A DNA stretch of 45,355 nt from Kiritimatiellia bacterium (GCA_029936175.1 JAPYUI010000009.1:1661-47015), one strand, 5' to 3'; positions 7,252 to 15,996 are shown, counted from the stretch's first letter. Made by a program: numbers and translations. Notes: generated by a model not told the origin, from the letters alone.

Positions 7252-9216
7252 ATGGTTAGATTCATCGTGGACAAAGTCAAAAAGAAGCTGGCAAAGGGTT
7301 CCGCGCGAGCAGCAGACGCCCAGCATTCGAGCAAAGACGAGCCTCCAACAAAGGATAGCTCCTCGAAAAAAGCTCCTTCCGGGAAAAGCGAAAGGTCCTC
7401 GTCCGCTAAGCGTTCTACTGCCTCAAGCAAAAACGATTCACCCGGCAAGTCGCCTCGTGAACAGGCCGCACAAGCCGAGCCCTCGGACGAGCAAAACGCT
7501 TCATCGGGTACACCCGGTGAAGGCCGTTCAACCGGCGGGCAGCGTCGTGGTCGTCGCGGGGGATCCCGTAATCGCGCGGGGCGTCGTTCGGAAGATGTGC
7601 CAGATGCGGAAGATGCGGACGCTCGGCCCCAAGCGAAGGCAGAAGGTGGCCGGTCGAGCCGATCCTCGGCGAAGCCGAATCCGGCGGGTCAAAGCGACGG
7701 AAAAGAGCCGGAGGAGGGCGCACCCGAGGGCTCCCGGAATCGGAGTCGCTCGCGTTCACGTGGACGAGGGCGTTCCCGTCGTCCACGTGAAGACGGAGCC
7801 CGGGAAGACCGTCCGAGCGGGGGAGATCGACCCGCGAAAGGAGAAGCCCCCCGCGAAGGGGTCGAGCCCGTACCTGAGCTTCCCTGGGACCCGGCCAGTT
7901 ATGTCGTGGAATCGGTAGAGGAAAAAACCCGCTTCCAGGACCTGGATTTACCCGATGAAATTATGCACTCCATCGCGGATCTGGATTTTAAGTATTGTAC
8001 CCCGATCCAAGCGGGTATCATGCCACAGATTCTGACCGGGATCGACGGCCTGGGCAAGGCCCAGACAGGTACCGGGAAGACCGCGGCCTTCTTGATAACC
8101 GCCTTCACCAAGTTGCTGCGCAATCCGCCGGAGCAACCTTTACGAAACGGAACGCCCCGTGTGCTGGTGATTGCCCCGACGCGTGAACTGGTCATCCAGA
8201 TCGCGGAGGAGGCGGCTGTTATCGGAAAATATACGGGCCTGCGGACGATGGCCGTTTACGGTGGTCTCGATTACCAGAAGCAGAAAAGCATCCTGCAAAA
8301 TGAGCAGGTGGACTTGGTAGCCGCGACCCCGGGTCGCCTGCTGGATTTTCGCCGCTCGCACGTCATTCACCTGGGCCATGTCGACGTGCTGGTAATTGAT
8401 GAGGCCGATCGCATGCTCGACATGGGCTTCATCCCGGATGTTCGCCAAATTGTCCGTAGTACGCCAGTTAAGACTGAACGCCAGACCCTCTTTTTCAGTG
8501 CAACGTTCAATGAGGATGTGGATCGTTTGTCTGAACAGTGGACGACCGATCCGGTTCGGGTGGAAATCGAACCGGATACGGTGGCTGCCGATACGGTGGA
8601 CCAGCGCATCTATCTCGCCACGGATCGCGAAAAGCTCATGGTGATTTACAATGTCATCCAGCAGGAAAAACCGGAACGTGTCCTGATCTTTGCCAATCGT
8701 CGCAACCAGGTGCGTGACCTCTGTGAGACCCTGGACCGCTATGGCATCCGCTGTGCCCTGCTCTCAGGCGATGTGCCGCAGGCCAAGCGCGTAAGAACTC
8801 TCGAACGCTTCAAGTCCGGGGAGGTTCCCGTGCTGGTCGCTACCGACGTTGCAGGTCGCGGTCTTCATGTCGAGGGCGTGAGCCACGTGATCAATTACGC
8901 CCTCCCGGATGATCCGGAAGACTACGTACATCGCATCGGCCGTACGGGCCGCGCCGGCATGGAGGGTAAATCTATTTCCTTCGCCAGCCAGCAGGACGCT
9001 TTTGTCCTGCCCGACATTGAGAAGTTCCTGGGGCGTGAACTGCGTTGCGAGTACCCCGAAGAGGAGTTGCTCACCCCCCTTCCCAAGGCTCCACCGAGAG
9101 CGCCTCGTTCATCCAGTGGTCGCAGTGGCGGTGGTCGTCCTCGCACCGGTGGCGGTGGTCGCAGTGGTGGCGGTGGTCGCAGTGGTCGCAGTGGTGGCAG
9201 TAGCCGCGGACGCTGA
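7252..9216 (+). CDS. DEAD-box ATP-dependent RNA helicase (RhlB/RhlE-like core) with ~225-aa basic low-complexity N-terminal extension and RGG-type C-terminal tail
   Basis: Helicase motifs: Q-motif region TRFQDLDLPDEIMHSIADLDFKYCTPIQ, motif I AQTGTGKTAAF, Ia PTRELVIQ, II DEAD, III SAT, V ATDVAGRGLH, VI HRIGRTGRAG. There is no ATG between 7252 and the Q motif. The N-terminal extension is open in frame but its translation is not proven. Confidence 0.85.
   Translation: MVRFIVDKVKKKLAKGSARAADAQHSSKDEPPTKDSSSKKAPSGKSERSSSAKRSTASSKNDSPGKSPREQAAQAEPSDEQNASSGTPGEGRSTGGQRRGRRGGSRNRAGRRSEDVPDAEDADARPQAKAEGGRSSRSSAKPNPAGQSDGKEPEEGAPEGSRNRSRSRSRGRGRSRRPREDGAREDRPSGGDRPAKGEAPREGVEPVPELPWDPASYVVESVEEKTRFQDLDLPDEIMHSIADLDFKYCTPIQAGIMPQILTGIDGLGKAQTGTGKTAAFLITAFTKLLRNPPEQPLRNGTPRVLVIAPTRELVIQIAEEAAVIGKYTGLRTMAVYGGLDYQKQKSILQNEQVDLVAATPGRLLDFRRSHVIHLGHVDVLVIDEADRMLDMGFIPDVRQIVRSTPVKTERQTLFFSATFNEDVDRLSEQWTTDPVRVEIEPDTVAADTVDQRIYLATDREKLMVIYNVIQQEKPERVLIFANRRNQVRDLCETLDRYGIRCALLSGDVPQAKRVRTLERFKSGEVPVLVATDVAGRGLHVEGVSHVINYALPDDPEDYVHRIGRTGRAGMEGKSISFASQQDAFVLPDIEKFLGRELRCEYPEEELLTPLPKAPPRAPRSSSGRSGGGRPRTGGGGRSGGGGRSGRSGGSSRGR
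9151..9186 (+). repeat. Perfect 18-bp tandem duplication inside the helicase RGG tail
   Basis: ggcggtggtcgcagtggt occurs at 9151-9168 and again at 9169-9186. Related cgcagtggt/ggtggtcg units flank it (about 9117-9200). The repeat encodes GGGRSG GGGRSG. Confidence 0.8.
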
Positions 9217-9226
9217 CCGCCACTTC

Positions 9227-9260
9227 GGAACGCGTACAGGATTTTACCTGTGCACGTTCC
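9227..9260. terminator. Strong hairpin between convergent genes (possible bidirectional terminator or RNA-stabilising stem; no U-tract)
   Basis: ggaacgcgtacagg (9227-9240), loop atttta, then cctgtgcacgttcc (9247-9260). Of 14 stem positions, 12 are Watson-Crick, 1 is G-U and 1 is a mismatch. It lies between the helicase stop (9216) and the minus-strand stop at 9269. Confidence 0.4.
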
Positions 9261-9268
9261 TCCCGAAC

Positions 9269-10348
9269 CTACTCCAGCAATTCGTTTATCCAGTCATTCA
9301 GATACCCCGACATCTTGATCGCGCCCCACTTGTTTAAGTGCTGGGAGTCGGAGTAGTCCGAAATTTCGAAGTAGGGTTCCCGGGGTATCTGCCAGAAGAC
9401 GAATCGTTCGCTATAACGGTCCTCGAGATAGCGCATCATCGTCGAATCGACCTCATCCCATTCCGCTGTGTTCCATCGGTGATAGGCATAGGTGTAGGGA
9501 AAGCGAAAAAAGATCGGTTGCACCCCGTGCTCATCGATGCAGGCCAGCAGGCGATCCAGGGCGGCTGAGTTTTTTTCGACCCGATCCCAGAAGACCGGAT
9601 CATCAAAGGTGATGCGGTCAATCCGGTCCATCCGCTCCTTGTCCATCACATGCATGTGGGGCGAATGCCCGGGAACGGACGCACCCGGCTCCTTACGATT
9701 GAATGGCCAGTCAGGCATCGTATCGCGGCCGCTGTGTTTCTGCTGATTCAGCGCGGAACGCTGCTCCCGCGTATATGCCAGCTTCCGCTTGTAGACGTAT
9801 TCGTACGGGGTGAGTCGATTATAAAACAGGATAGGATAAACCCAGTCCTGGTTGAGGAGTCGTTGGCTCAACTTCCACCACTTTGGCTTCGGGTAATGTT
9901 CCAGCTTGGCCCCCAGGTAATTCAGTTCGACGAAGTCGCGTGTCTCGTTAAGCCGGTCGATCGCCAGACAGGTATTGTCTGCTTCGACAATGACATATTC
10001 CAGGTTTGGCACCCGGTCGACATGACTCTTGAACAGGATCTCCAGCACCTCGAAGTTTCCGGCGTTGACCGAAATGTTGGCGACTTTTTGGTCGAAATAA
10101 CTGGGGTTGATGCCCGCAGCCATATGCGAGCTTCCGAGAAACATCACCCGCGTTTCCTCGGAAAGGTCCTCGACGGCCTCGGTCAGGTGGTTGGTTTGCT
10201 GGGGTGTATAGGTCCGAATGATTTGGTCAACGGCTCCCTTGTACATCACCACCCCGGCTGAAAGGATCACCAGGAACCAGCACTTGGTTGTGAAGGGCAA
10301 CCGGAAAGCGGCTGCCACCCCACTAAAATTGAAAATAGACGAAAGCAT
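9269..10348 (-). CDS. Membrane-anchored SGNH/DltD/AlgJ-like partner of the MBOAT (putative O-acyl transfer accessory protein)
   Basis: It lies immediately downstream of, and overlaps, the MBOAT gene. An N-terminal TM segment (WFLVILSAGVVM) is present. A block-I-like VMFLGSSHMAAGINP and a C-terminal D-x-x-H (SDSQHLNKWG) resemble the SGNH/DltD catalytic blocks. I chose the ATG at 10348; the listed 10405 start is a TTG. Confidence 0.5.
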   Translation of the reverse strand: MLSSIFNFSGVAAAFRLPFTTKCWFLVILSAGVVMYKGAVDQIIRTYTPQQTNHLTEAVEDLSEETRVMFLGSSHMAAGINPSYFDQKVANISVNAGNFEVLEILFKSHVDRVPNLEYVIVEADNTCLAIDRLNETRDFVELNYLGAKLEHYPKPKWWKLSQRLLNQDWVYPILFYNRLTPYEYVYKRKLAYTREQRSALNQQKHSGRDTMPDWPFNRKEPGASVPGHSPHMHVMDKERMDRIDRITFDDPVFWDRVEKNSAALDRLLACIDEHGVQPIFFRFPYTYAYHRWNTAEWDEVDSTMMRYLEDRYSERFVFWQIPREPYFEISDYSDSQHLNKWGAIKMSGYLNDWINELLE

Positions 10349-11735
10349 AATTTTCACGTGAGCTGCACATGACAATACAAATAAACAGGTAAAGGTAAAT
10401 CGCAAGGCGGACCGGTTTCCAGAGCCGCTTGACGGCCATCATGTCTTTCCTCCATTCCTGCAGGACATCGATCAGCACGACCGGGCTAACAAAAAACAGC
10501 ATGGTCAATATGCAGACGCGTGCATTCCAGTCCCAGGGGTCGAATATCCGGCTGAACATAAGCGGAATATCACCCAGGCTCGATACGCGAAACAGGACCC
10601 AGCCGAAGAGTGTCAGGCTGAAAAATCCCCCCATGCACAGGAGTTTCCAAATCGTTGCGCCGATGCGCGTTTTCGGGTTGAGCAGTTGAAGCACGGGGCT
10701 GCAGAGTCGGTGAACGACGAGCAGAAGTCCGTGATAGGCTCCCCAGGCGACAAAATGCCAGGCAGCGCCATGCCACAAGCCTCCGAGGAGCATGGTGAGC
10801 ATCAGGTTGCGAAGCATTTTTCCCGTGCCGCCGCGATTTCCACCGAGTGGAATGTAGAGATAGTCCCGTAGCCAGGTGGATAAACTGATGTGCCAGCGAC
10901 GCCAGAATTCGGCCGGGTTGCAGGAGAAATAGGGCATCCGGAAATTCACGATGATTTCGATACCCATCCATTTACTCAGCCCGCGGGCAATATTGGAGTA
11001 CCCGCCAAAATCTCCATAGATCTGAAAGGCGTATGCCAGGATTCCCATCGGTACCTGCATCCCATTGGGTCGCGGACCCTCTGACTCGTCAAACAACTCG
11101 CTGGCGAAGATGGCCAGGTTATCCGCCATCACCGTCTTCATGAAAAATCCCAGCAGGATCAGCCAGGCTCCTTCGCGGAACATCTGGTAGGTGATAATCC
11201 GCGGCTTTTCAATCTGGGGAAGCAGTCGACGAGCTCGCTCGATGGGGCCGGCCACGAGCTGGGGAAAGTAAGCGACGAACAGGGCGAAATTCAGGAAGTT
11301 ACGGGTTGGCTTCAGATTCCCGCGATACACGTCGATCGTGTAACTCATGGTCTGAAAGGTATAAAAAGAGATGCCGACCGGGGCCATGAGGTGAATCAGC
11401 TTCGGGTCTGCATGGAAGCCCATCGCCTGTAGCATCAGGATCAGGTTGTCGGCAAAGAAATTGAAGTATTTGAAGGTCGCGAGCGCGCCGAGGTTCACCA
11501 GGATGCTGATCCAGAGGTAGCGCCTGGGCTTCTCCTCTCCGTCCATCTTCAGCCCGCAGAAGTAATCGACGACGGTCGAGAGGATGATCAGGGAGAGGAA
11601 GCGAACATCCCAGCAGGCGTAAAAAAAGTAACTGGCTGCCAGCAGCAGGACGTTCTGGGCGCGGTGCGTGAGGATCACGTACACGCCGTAAACAAGGACG
11701 AAAAACCAAATAAACTCGAAGGAATTGAAAAACAT
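10323..11735 (-). CDS. Membrane-bound O-acyltransferase (MBOAT; AlgI/DltB family)
   Basis: The protein is polytopic and hydrophobic. It carries the hallmark C-terminal block RRWHISLSTWLRDYLYIPLGGNRGG...LLGGLWHGAAWHFVAWGAYHG, which contains the conserved MBOAT histidine. Confidence 0.85.
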   Translation of the reverse strand: MFFNSFEFIWFFVLVYGVYVILTHRAQNVLLLAASYFFYACWDVRFLSLIILSTVVDYFCGLKMDGEEKPRRYLWISILVNLGALATFKYFNFFADNLILMLQAMGFHADPKLIHLMAPVGISFYTFQTMSYTIDVYRGNLKPTRNFLNFALFVAYFPQLVAGPIERARRLLPQIEKPRIITYQMFREGAWLILLGFFMKTVMADNLAIFASELFDESEGPRPNGMQVPMGILAYAFQIYGDFGGYSNIARGLSKWMGIEIIVNFRMPYFSCNPAEFWRRWHISLSTWLRDYLYIPLGGNRGGTGKMLRNLMLTMLLGGLWHGAAWHFVAWGAYHGLLLVVHRLCSPVLQLLNPKTRIGATIWKLLCMGGFFSLTLFGWVLFRVSSLGDIPLMFSRIFDPWDWNARVCILTMLFFVSPVVLIDVLQEWRKDMMAVKRLWKPVRLAIYLYLFICIVMCSSRENYAFVYFQF

Positions 11736-11891
11736 ACGGGTTCAGGGGCCGACGGGTACTTCTGTGTTCAGGGGAAACCTTCCGGCATCCAGCTTCATGG
11801 TGTTAACTCTACGATGCTTTTTCCGCACAACGAAAGATGGAAAAACAATTTCCCCGGGAGGATCCAGGTAAGATGGGACCCGCCACGCCAT

Positions 11892-13055
11892 TCAGGACGG
11901 GTCCTCCTCCACCGGTCCGGGCTTTTTCGCGATCAGCCAGAAGCCGGTGGTCAGCAGGTCCTCGTTGCTCATGGCGGAAAATCGTTTCGCCAGGTGTGGC
12001 CGAATTTCTTTAATGCGTTCGAGTTCCTTTTTACCGTAATGGTTGTTTTTGACAAGGCGGCCTATCGGGCTTGAGAATTCTTTCTCCTGTTCAAGGAGCT
12101 GGGTGATGGGTAGTTCGAATGGGTACCCGAGGCGTTTCAACTGGCATCGAAAGTCATCGATGCGCATCCGGTTGGGCCGGTAGGTGAAGGAGGTCATGGC
12201 GCGGTAGGTGATCTCGCTTGGTGTAAGAAAGGTCAAGGGGTGGTGACCGGATGCGCTGAATAAGCCATCGTCGCGGACGTCGACCTTGTGAATCAATTGT
12301 CCGCCGGGCGGCAATAGCCGGTCCATTACGTCAAAAGCGCCCTCGAGGGTTTTCAAATATTCGAGCACGGAGCGAGAAAGGATGAGATGGGGCTGGAACC
12401 TACCCAGGCGGGAAGCCGCGTTTTCCAGCGGACAATCATTGATGATTCGTAGGCGCTCTTCGTCGAAGGTCGCCTGTTTGTCCAGCATGACGACCTGGTC
12501 GAAACGCGCCTGCTGTTCGCCGGTCAAGGTTTCCCGCAACTTCCAATACACGCGGCATTCAAACTCGGGTTGGCGCACGGCTGCGTACTTGTCCAGGCAG
12601 ACAACGGTGTCAGCGCCGTGCGCGAGGCAGAGTAGTGCTACGCCGAAATTGTCACCGGGGCCGAGTTCAAGGACCGTCTTGCCCTGCATGCCGTCCGGCA
12701 GGTAGCGAAGATATTCATCAAACATGTAGCGAATATAGCCGACCTTTTCATGTGCAACTTCGTCGCTGGGGGTCTCATCGATGAAGCGCACCTTGCTGCC
12801 CGGCTTAAGACGGAAGCCGTTCACCGCATTCTTAAGGATAGACCAGCAGATGATCCCCCTGCGGGACCTGAACAGGCCTTTGCGTACGGTTTCGAGCACG
12901 TTCATGGGGATTTGCATAGCAGGGGAATCTGCGAAATACACGAAAAGACACCAAAGTTTCGGGTTGCTTAACCGCTGGCCCGGACCCCGCCCCCCTGCAA
13001 TACTCCCAAAAAATGTATCCTGTCCAATTTCTGACTGTTTAATGGGTCTGGTCAT
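11892..13055 (-). CDS. Class I SAM-dependent methyltransferase
   Basis: Motif I is GKTVLELGPGDNFG, followed by an acidic residue after beta-2 (VVCLDK). The start is ambiguous. The ATG at 13055 is preceded by GGAGGA (cccGGAGGAtacgATG). The alternative ATG is at 12917. The listed 13079 start would overlap the divergent gene. Confidence 0.65.
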   Translation of the reverse strand: MTRPIKQSEIGQDTFFGSIAGGRGPGQRLSNPKLWCLFVYFADSPAMQIPMNVLETVRKGLFRSRRGIICWSILKNAVNGFRLKPGSKVRFIDETPSDEVAHEKVGYIRYMFDEYLRYLPDGMQGKTVLELGPGDNFGVALLCLAHGADTVVCLDKYAAVRQPEFECRVYWKLRETLTGEQQARFDQVVMLDKQATFDEERLRIINDCPLENAASRLGRFQPHLILSRSVLEYLKTLEGAFDVMDRLLPPGGQLIHKVDVRDDGLFSASGHHPLTFLTPSEITYRAMTSFTYRPNRMRIDDFRCQLKRLGYPFELPITQLLEQEKEFSSPIGRLVKNNHYGKKELERIKEIRPHLAKRFSAMSNEDLLTTGFWLIAKKPGPVEEDPS

Positions 13056-13069
13056 CGTATCCTCCGGGC

Positions 13070-14290
13070 ATGAAGACATGGATATTGCTTGCGGCTTGGA
13101 TGGCGGTCTCGGTGAGTGCCCAGGAGTGGGTGCAGATGCGCGGTCCGAATGGAACGGGGATCAGCCACGCGAAAACAGTACCGGTTACTTTCACGGTGGA
13201 CGATTTCAACTGGAAGGTGCCGATTACGGGAAAAGGATATTCATCACCCGTATGCTGGGGTGACAAGTTGTTCCTGACCACCTGCTCCAATCCCGGGAAG
13301 GGGGAGCGCTCGATTCTTTGCCTGAGCACGAGGGATGGCCACCTGATCTGGGAGAAGCCTTTTCCCTTCACGCCATATCATTTGCACAAGTTCGGTAGCT
13401 TCGCGGCCGAAACGCCCGTGCTGGAGAAAGACCGGCTGTATATGTGGTGGACCGAAAACGGCCAGCGAGTGGCCTTTGCCCTGGACCACGATGGCCAAGC
13501 GCTGTGGCGACGGACCCTGGGGCCCGTCGAAACGCAGCATGGCACGGGTAACTCGCCGGTGTTGCATGGAGACGTGTTGATTCTGCCAAACGATTGCTGG
13601 AAAGGCGGAGCGTTTATCGCTGGCCTGGACAAGAACACCGGCAAGACGCGCTGGCGGGTTGATCGGAAAAATGAAAAAGACTCGTACATCTCGCCCTTGA
13701 TCCTTGAGCCGGAAAACGGTCCGCCCCAGGCTATATTCATCAGCACCGATCATGGAATGACAGCCTTGAATCCCCTGACGGGTGAAAAGGTCTGGGAGAT
13801 ACCCCTGGGCTTCACGAATCGCAGTGTCGGCTCGCCCGTCCTTTGCGGCGGCCTGGTATTTATCACCGCGGGGGCGGGGGGAGGGGGCAAAGAAAGTGCT
13901 GCGATACGCCCGGGGACGATAGAGCGCGGCCCGGAGACGGTATACAAGTTGACAAAAACCCTTCCGTATGTGCCCTGGATCCTCAGCAAGGACGACTTGA
14001 TGTACCTGTGGACCGATGCGGGCCTGGTTACCTGCGTGGAAGGCGCGACCGGAAAAACGGTTTGGCAGGAACGCGTGGGCGGCGCGTATTTTTCATCACC
14101 GATCTGTGTGGACGGCAAGATCTATGCCGCGGATAAGACGGGTGAAATGGCCGTGATTTCCACCGGGCGTACCTTCAAGAAGCTGGCCCAGAACACCCTG
14201 GGAGAAGGCGTATACGCCACGCCGGCTATCCACCAGGGCCGAATGTTTATCCGGACCTACGGGCACCTGATCAGCGTGGGTGGGGAGTAG
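13070..14290 (+). CDS. Secreted PQQ-like (BamB-type) beta-propeller repeat protein
   Basis: Signal peptide MKTWILLAAWMAVSVSAQE. Repeated blades follow the pattern G-x-x-x-W...(G/S)SP... (GHLIWEKPF, GQALWRRTL, GKTRWRVD, GEKVWEIPL, GKTVWQERVGGAYFSSPI, GEGVYATPAI). Confidence 0.7.
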   Translation: MKTWILLAAWMAVSVSAQEWVQMRGPNGTGISHAKTVPVTFTVDDFNWKVPITGKGYSSPVCWGDKLFLTTCSNPGKGERSILCLSTRDGHLIWEKPFPFTPYHLHKFGSFAAETPVLEKDRLYMWWTENGQRVAFALDHDGQALWRRTLGPVETQHGTGNSPVLHGDVLILPNDCWKGGAFIAGLDKNTGKTRWRVDRKNEKDSYISPLILEPENGPPQAIFISTDHGMTALNPLTGEKVWEIPLGFTNRSVGSPVLCGGLVFITAGAGGGGKESAAIRPGTIERGPETVYKLTKTLPYVPWILSKDDLMYLWTDAGLVTCVEGATGKTVWQERVGGAYFSSPICVDGKIYAADKTGEMAVISTGRTFKKLAQNTLGEGVYATPAIHQGRMFIRTYGHLISVGGE

Positions 14291-14323
14291 GTGGAATCCG
14301 CCTGCTCCGCAGCGGGCATGGGC

Positions 14324-15169
14324 CTATAGGCCGAGTACCGTGTTATCCAGCAACCGGGCCTCCCCGAACCTGACCGCCAGCGCGATCAAGGCCGGCCGGT
14401 CGATGGTATCGATCGCTTCCAGGTTTTCATCATCGACTGCTGCCAGGTAATCGATCACCCCCGAACTGCTCCCGGTAATCACGCCCTGCATGGCGTCGAG
14501 AATCGTGGATACATCCCGTTCGCCCCCGGCATAGCATTCTTCCGCCAGGTCCAGGCTGTGTCGCAGGCACAGCGCTTCTCGGCGTTCGTTGTCCGTGAGG
14601 TATTTGTTCCGCGTGCTCATGGCGAGTCCGTCGGACTCGCGCACGATGGGTCCGGAAACCATCTCGACCGGAAAATTCAAGTCGCGAACCATCCGGCGGA
14701 GCAAGCGTAGTTGCTGTGCATCCTTTTCGCCGAATACGGCGGCATGGGGCAGGCAGATATTGAACAGTTTGGCGACGATGGTGAGCACCCCGCGGAAGTG
14801 GGTTGGCCGGGTGAGTCCACACAGGCCCCTGGACAACAGCGTTTCGTCGACGTACACCGAAACATCCGGGAGGTACATGGTTTCGATCCCGGGGTAAAAG
14901 AGGATGTCTACCCCTTCGTTTCGGCACAGCCCTTCGTCCTGCTCGAAATCCCGCGGGTAGGCTTCGAGATCCTCCTGTGGACCGAACTGGCTCGGGTTCA
15001 CGAAAATCGAGGTGATGATCACATCGCCTCGTTGACGGGCAATCCGCATCAGCGAGAGGTGCCCTTCATGCAGAAAGCCCATGGTCGGCACCAGGACCAG
15101 GCGTTTCCCCTGCTGACGCAGCTCGATGGCTTTTGCCTGCATCTGCTCTGGATGCTGGATCGTAATCAT
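14324..15169 (-). CDS. panC: Pantoate--beta-alanine ligase
   Basis: VPTMGFLHEGHLSLM (HxGH-type motif), FVNPSQFGP and FGEKDAQQL; length 281 aa. Confidence 0.9.
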   Translation of the reverse strand: MITIQHPEQMQAKAIELRQQGKRLVLVPTMGFLHEGHLSLMRIARQRGDVIITSIFVNPSQFGPQEDLEAYPRDFEQDEGLCRNEGVDILFYPGIETMYLPDVSVYVDETLLSRGLCGLTRPTHFRGVLTIVAKLFNICLPHAAVFGEKDAQQLRLLRRMVRDLNFPVEMVSGPIVRESDGLAMSTRNKYLTDNERREALCLRHSLDLAEECYAGGERDVSTILDAMQGVITGSSSGVIDYLAAVDDENLEAIDTIDRPALIALAVRFGEARLLDNTVLGL

Positions 15170-15174
15170 GGATG

Positions 15175-15996
15175 TTACTCGTAACAGTGCTCGGGGCCGG
15201 GGAAACTGCCGTCCTGGACATCCTGGATGTATTCCCCGAATGCGCGTTTCATTTCCTCGCCCAATTGCGCGTACTGTTTGACGAACTTGGGGGTGAATGC
15301 GTCATAGGTTCCGAGAAGATCGTTGATGACGAGGATTTGGCCGTCGCAGTCCGGACCGGCACCAATACCGATCGTTGGCACCGCCACGGAATCCGTGATG
15401 CGCCGGGCGAGCCCGGCGGGAATCGCTTCCAGGACGATGGCAAAGACCCCGGCTTGTTCGAGGGCTTTGGCATCGTTGACCAGGGTCTCTGCTTCTTCAG
15501 GCGAACGCCCCTGGACCTTGAATCCGCCGAGGTCCTTGATGCTTTGCGGGGTCAGGCCGACATGGCCCATGACGGGAATCCCGCTGCCCACCACGGCTGC
15601 GACAAGTTCGGCGCGGTCGGCTCCCCCTTCAACTTTTATCGCGTCGGCACCGGCTTCCTTGAGGAAGCGACCCGCGTTGACCAGGGTGAGATCAATGCCC
15701 GGCTGATAGGACATGAAGGGCATGTCGCCGACGACCAATGCGCGCTCGGTACCGCGTACGACTGCGGCCGTGTGGTGGATCATGTTATCGACGGTGACCG
15801 CCAAGGTATTTTTGTGTCCGAGCACGGTCATTCCCAGGCTGTCACCGACTAGAATGAGGGGTATGCCCGCCGCATCGACAAAGCGCGCAGCCGCGTAGTC
15901 GTAGCAGGTGATTGCCGCAATCTTTTCCTCCCCTTTCAGCGCTGAAATGCCACGTGCGGTCCATTTTTTGGGTTCAGGCATAGGATGATTTACCAT
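15175..15996 (-). CDS. panB: 3-methyl-2-oxobutanoate hydroxymethyltransferase
   Basis: ITCYDYAAARF, ILVGDSLGMTVLGH..TL.VT...M..HT.AV and VKVEGG. The start ATG overlaps the folK stop (ATGGTAA). Confidence 0.9.
   Translation of the reverse strand: MVNHPMPEPKKWTARGISALKGEEKIAAITCYDYAAARFVDAAGIPLILVGDSLGMTVLGHKNTLAVTVDNMIHHTAAVVRGTERALVVGDMPFMSYQPGIDLTLVNAGRFLKEAGADAIKVEGGADRAELVAAVVGSGIPVMGHVGLTPQSIKDLGGFKVQGRSPEEAETLVNDAKALEQAGVFAIVLEAIPAGLARRITDSVAVPTIGIGAGPDCDGQILVINDLLGTYDAFTPKFVKQYAQLGEEMKRAFGEYIQDVQDGSFPGPEHCYE

Noticed and set aside
7166-7918. A 250-aa alternative-frame ORF overlapping the helicase N-terminal region, plus 7415..7786 on the minus strand.
   Set aside because: It starts inside the divergent kinase gene. 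It is equally low-complexity (R/K/P/S) and does not connect to any domain. The 7252 frame runs uninterrupted into the DEAD-box core.
8909-9337. A 142-aa ORF containing a striking (V/A)n repeat: VAVAVVVLAPVAVVAVVAVVAVVAVVAVAA.
   Set aside because: It is the +1 reading of the GGT/CGC/AGT repeats that encode the helicase RGG tail, and it runs through the helicase stop. It is a frame artefact.
14291-14323. Possible bidirectional terminator between the propeller gene and panC (ccgcctgctccgcagcggg).
   Set aside because: Only 4 contiguous base pairs plus 2 after an internal loop can form, and there is no T-tract. That is too weak to call.
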